A stretch of 64,000 bases of DNA from positions 10,664,001 through 10,728,000 of the forward strand of contig JBHGNT010000018.1 in the NCBI GenBank assembly GCA_043228905.1, written 5' to 3'. The stretch is from Azolla caroliniana. Its lineage: Eukaryota; Plantae; Polypodiophyta. Position numbers and translations under genes: made by a program. Below the pieces are notes generated by a model that saw only the letters and a program-made list of their open reading frames with translations, searched no databases and was not told the origin of the DNA. Position 1 is the stretch's first letter. Every line of letters begins with the position of its first letter. Positions 61,801-64,000 of the stretch are shown one piece after another.

Positions 61801-62056
61801 AATCATTTCTCTCTATCTATCTCTCTTTTCATCTCTCTCTCTCTCTCTTATCCCTCTCCTTAACGTTGAACCCCCTTGGGAGGGGGGTGGAGCCATTCCA
61901 GGCACCACCCCCCACCCCGCAATGCTTGTCTTGTTCTTCATGTTCTCTCTCACCATCATACCAATCATCATCTCCACCATTACACAATGTCTATCTTCAT
62001 CATCAATCATCATCATCATCATTCTCATTAACCCTAACCCTAAAAAACCTACAACA
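58841..62056 (+). mobile_element. Non-autonomous (non-coding) LTR retrotransposon N1, LTRs 58841-59360 and 61537-62056
   Basis: 520-bp TG..CA LTRs with 2 differences seen; TSD GAAAA (58836-58840, 62057-62061); PBS TGGCGACCACAG at 59366-59377 (tRNA-Arg-like); 2.2-kb purine-skewed interior without gag/pol motifs. Confidence 0.93.
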
Positions 62057-62228
62057 GAAAACTTCCTTCCGAGCAGATAGTGCCTGTACTTTGTGACACT
62101 ATACACCATTCCCAATGCCTTGCGTTCCGTCGTAGAGTAGTTCCGTTCGGCTTTTGAGAGTTTTCGGCTTGCGTAGTACACCGGTCGGTACCATTTCGGC
62201 TCCGTGAGTTGCATCAGAACGCTGCCGA

Positions 62229-63971
62229 TCAGCTTTTACTCCAATCCGGCGGTTGCACCACCGGAGCTTGCGACAGCATAACCTTCAACGCTTGGTAGGC
62301 TTCCTCCTCCGTCTCCGCCCATAGGAAGGGTACCCTGTGTACGACGGTATGTAATGGTGTAGCGAAGTCTGCGAGGTGCCGTATCATCCGGCTATGCCAC
62401 CTTATTTGGCCCAGGAACCGGCTTAAAGCCTTTGCGTTATTTGGTGCTGGTGCCTCGAGAATCGCCTTGACTTTATCCGGATCTACCGCGATTCCTTCCT
62501 TACTCACCACGTGCCCTAGTAAGTTGCCGCTTGCCACTCCAAAGACGCACTTGGCCGGGTTCAGACTCAACCGGTACTCGCGGCACTTCTCCAAGCACAG
62601 CTGGAGGTGATCGAGATGCTCTCCGTGCCGGCTGTAGACCGCGAAATCGTCAAGGAAGACCTGCATAAAACCGGGGATATATTCCCCGAAAATTTCCATT
62701 ATTATCCTTTGAAAGGTCACTGGAGCCGTCTTTAGTCCGAACATCATCACGACCGCGACGAACACTCCCCATTCCGTAATGAACGCTGTCTTCTCCTGGT
62801 CGACCGGGTTCATTCGTATTTGGTTGTAGCCGCTAAATCCATCCAGGAAGCTGTAAACTTCGTGGCCGGCTACCGCATCTAACACCCCGTCCGTAAATGG
62901 TAGTGGAAACGCATCGGTCACTGTTGCGGCATTTAGTTTTCGGTAGTCCACGCATACCCGGATTTTGCCGTTCTTTTTCGGGACCACCACTATCGGACTC
63001 AGCCAGGTTGCCTGCTTGACTAGTCGGATAAATCCGACCCGAAGGAGCTTATCAATCTCCTCCTTCACCTTCGCCGCATAATTCGGATTCATCCGGTACC
63101 TGCGTTGAGCGATCGGTTTCGCGTCCGTACTTAGGTGAATTTGGTGCTGATAGAGCTGGGGATCCAGCCCTCGCATGTCTTCGTACGACCACGCGAACAC
63201 ATCCTTGAAGTCTGTTAATAATGCTATCATTGCCTTCTTTTCTTCCTTCGGCAATCCCTTTGCGACATTTACCGGTCGGGGCTTGTCTGTTGTGCCGAGG
63301 TCCACCTCCTCTAGTTGGGATGCTTTTACCCTCTGGGATATCGTCATTTCTCTCTCTAGGGATTCCTGCGCTTGTCGCAGTTCCCGGATCGCTGCTTGGT
63401 CCGGTTCATCCGGCGTCGTAATGTACGGTTCCACTGCCGCCGTGATATCCACCTCAAATAGTGGGACGATTCGTGGGTGTTCCTCAAGGTACCGCTCGAC
63501 TTCCTCGTCCGGTAATTCCTCCAACATGTTGATGCTTTCCGCATACAATGGAGTTGCTTCCTTACTGGTGATCACCCGTGGTTGCGTCGTTACTCGTACC
63601 TTTATTTTCCCTCGCCGGAATGTGATCATGTTCTTTTGCCAATTGTGCTTGATATGCGCCATTCGCAGCCATGGTCGTCCTAGCAGTAGGGGGTACGCGC
63701 GTTGTACATTCAGCTGCAGCACTACGGCCGATATCCGGAATACGTGGCCTCCGATCGTTACTTCCAAATCCCGGATAAGTCCGGTCGGTCGGACTGAGCT
63801 GGTATCCGCCATGCGTAACCAGAAGGGGCATGGTTCCCATTCCCGGATGCCCAGGTTATCGCATGTCTGTCGGCTGATGACATTTACCCCGGAGCCTCTG
63901 TCAATAATCGTTCCAACAATTTCCTTCCCTTTCACGATTGCCGTGATCGTCGGGCTACTTGTATCGACCAC
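62229..63971 (-). CDS. G1 pol, protease and reverse transcriptase segment
   Basis: IIDRGSGVN..LLGRPWL protease; FLDGFSGYNQI, FGLKTAP, FLDDF RT. Confidence 0.9.
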   Translation of the reverse strand: MVDTSSPTITAIVKGKEIVGTIIDRGSGVNVISRQTCDNLGIREWEPCPFWLRMADTSSVRPTGLIRDLEVTIGGHVFRISAVVLQLNVQRAYPLLLGRPWLRMAHIKHNWQKNMITFRRGKIKVRVTTQPRVITSKEATPLYAESINMLEELPDEEVERYLEEHPRIVPLFEVDITAAVEPYITTPDEPDQAAIRELRQAQESLEREMTISQRVKASQLEEVDLGTTDKPRPVNVAKGLPKEEKKAMIALLTDFKDVFAWSYEDMRGLDPQLYQHQIHLSTDAKPIAQRRYRMNPNYAAKVKEEIDKLLRVGFIRLVKQATWLSPIVVVPKKNGKIRVCVDYRKLNAATVTDAFPLPFTDGVLDAVAGHEVYSFLDGFSGYNQIRMNPVDQEKTAFITEWGVFVAVVMMFGLKTAPVTFQRIIMEIFGEYIPGFMQVFLDDFAVYSRHGEHLDHLQLCLEKCREYRLSLNPAKCVFGVASGNLLGHVVSKEGIAVDPDKVKAILEAPAPNNAKALSRFLGQIRWHSRMIRHLADFATPLHTVVHRVPFLWAETEEEAYQALKVMLSQAPVVQPPDWSKS

Positions 63972-64000
63972 CGCTGGTCCTTCCTCCGGGTTGGAGAAGA

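Larger units (their letters stand above)
48122..64000 (-). mobile_element. Gypsy G1 (Athila/OTA-like, no aRH, no chromodomain) with a 3' extra ORF; 3' LTR 48122-48511; 5' part beyond the window
   Basis: PR-RT 63971-62229, RH 62228-62057 plus from 58840, INT to 57404 plus 52164-51883. Frames rejoin after removing two insertions (LLGRKFS|FHVDH; WITKEY|NGSYQL). LTR has TGTTG..CAACA ends. Confidence 0.9.

Overview
Eukaryotic, land-plant DNA. The retroelement types (Tcn1-like, Phygy/Selgy-like) suggest a non-seed plant such as a fern, which is an inference. It holds one intact host gene, a 7-exon WD40-repeat WDR44-like gene on the - strand (31327-25609, about 922 aa), flanked by dense stacks of nested LTR retrotransposons. 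Left block: a young full-length Tnt1/Tto1-like Copia (223-5758), a chromodomain Gypsy lacking its protease active site, a self-priming Tcn1/sushi-type Gypsy fragment, and a second Copia family whose Pol runs past RNase H between duplicated polypurine tracts. Right block: a six-deep nest (Copia>Copia>Copia>Gypsy>Gypsy>Copia and a non-coding LTR element), a Tat-like Gypsy with an extra RNase H, and a CAGT-terminated Tc1/pogo-type element. Most interesting signal: a Gypsy element with a ~1040-aa extra ORF and the non-coding LTR element nested inside it have unrelated LTRs but share an identical 30-nt stem-loop motif where the polypurine tract should be. All calls are by eye from the sequence and ORF track; no database searches were run, and element labels (C1, G1 etc.) are my own.
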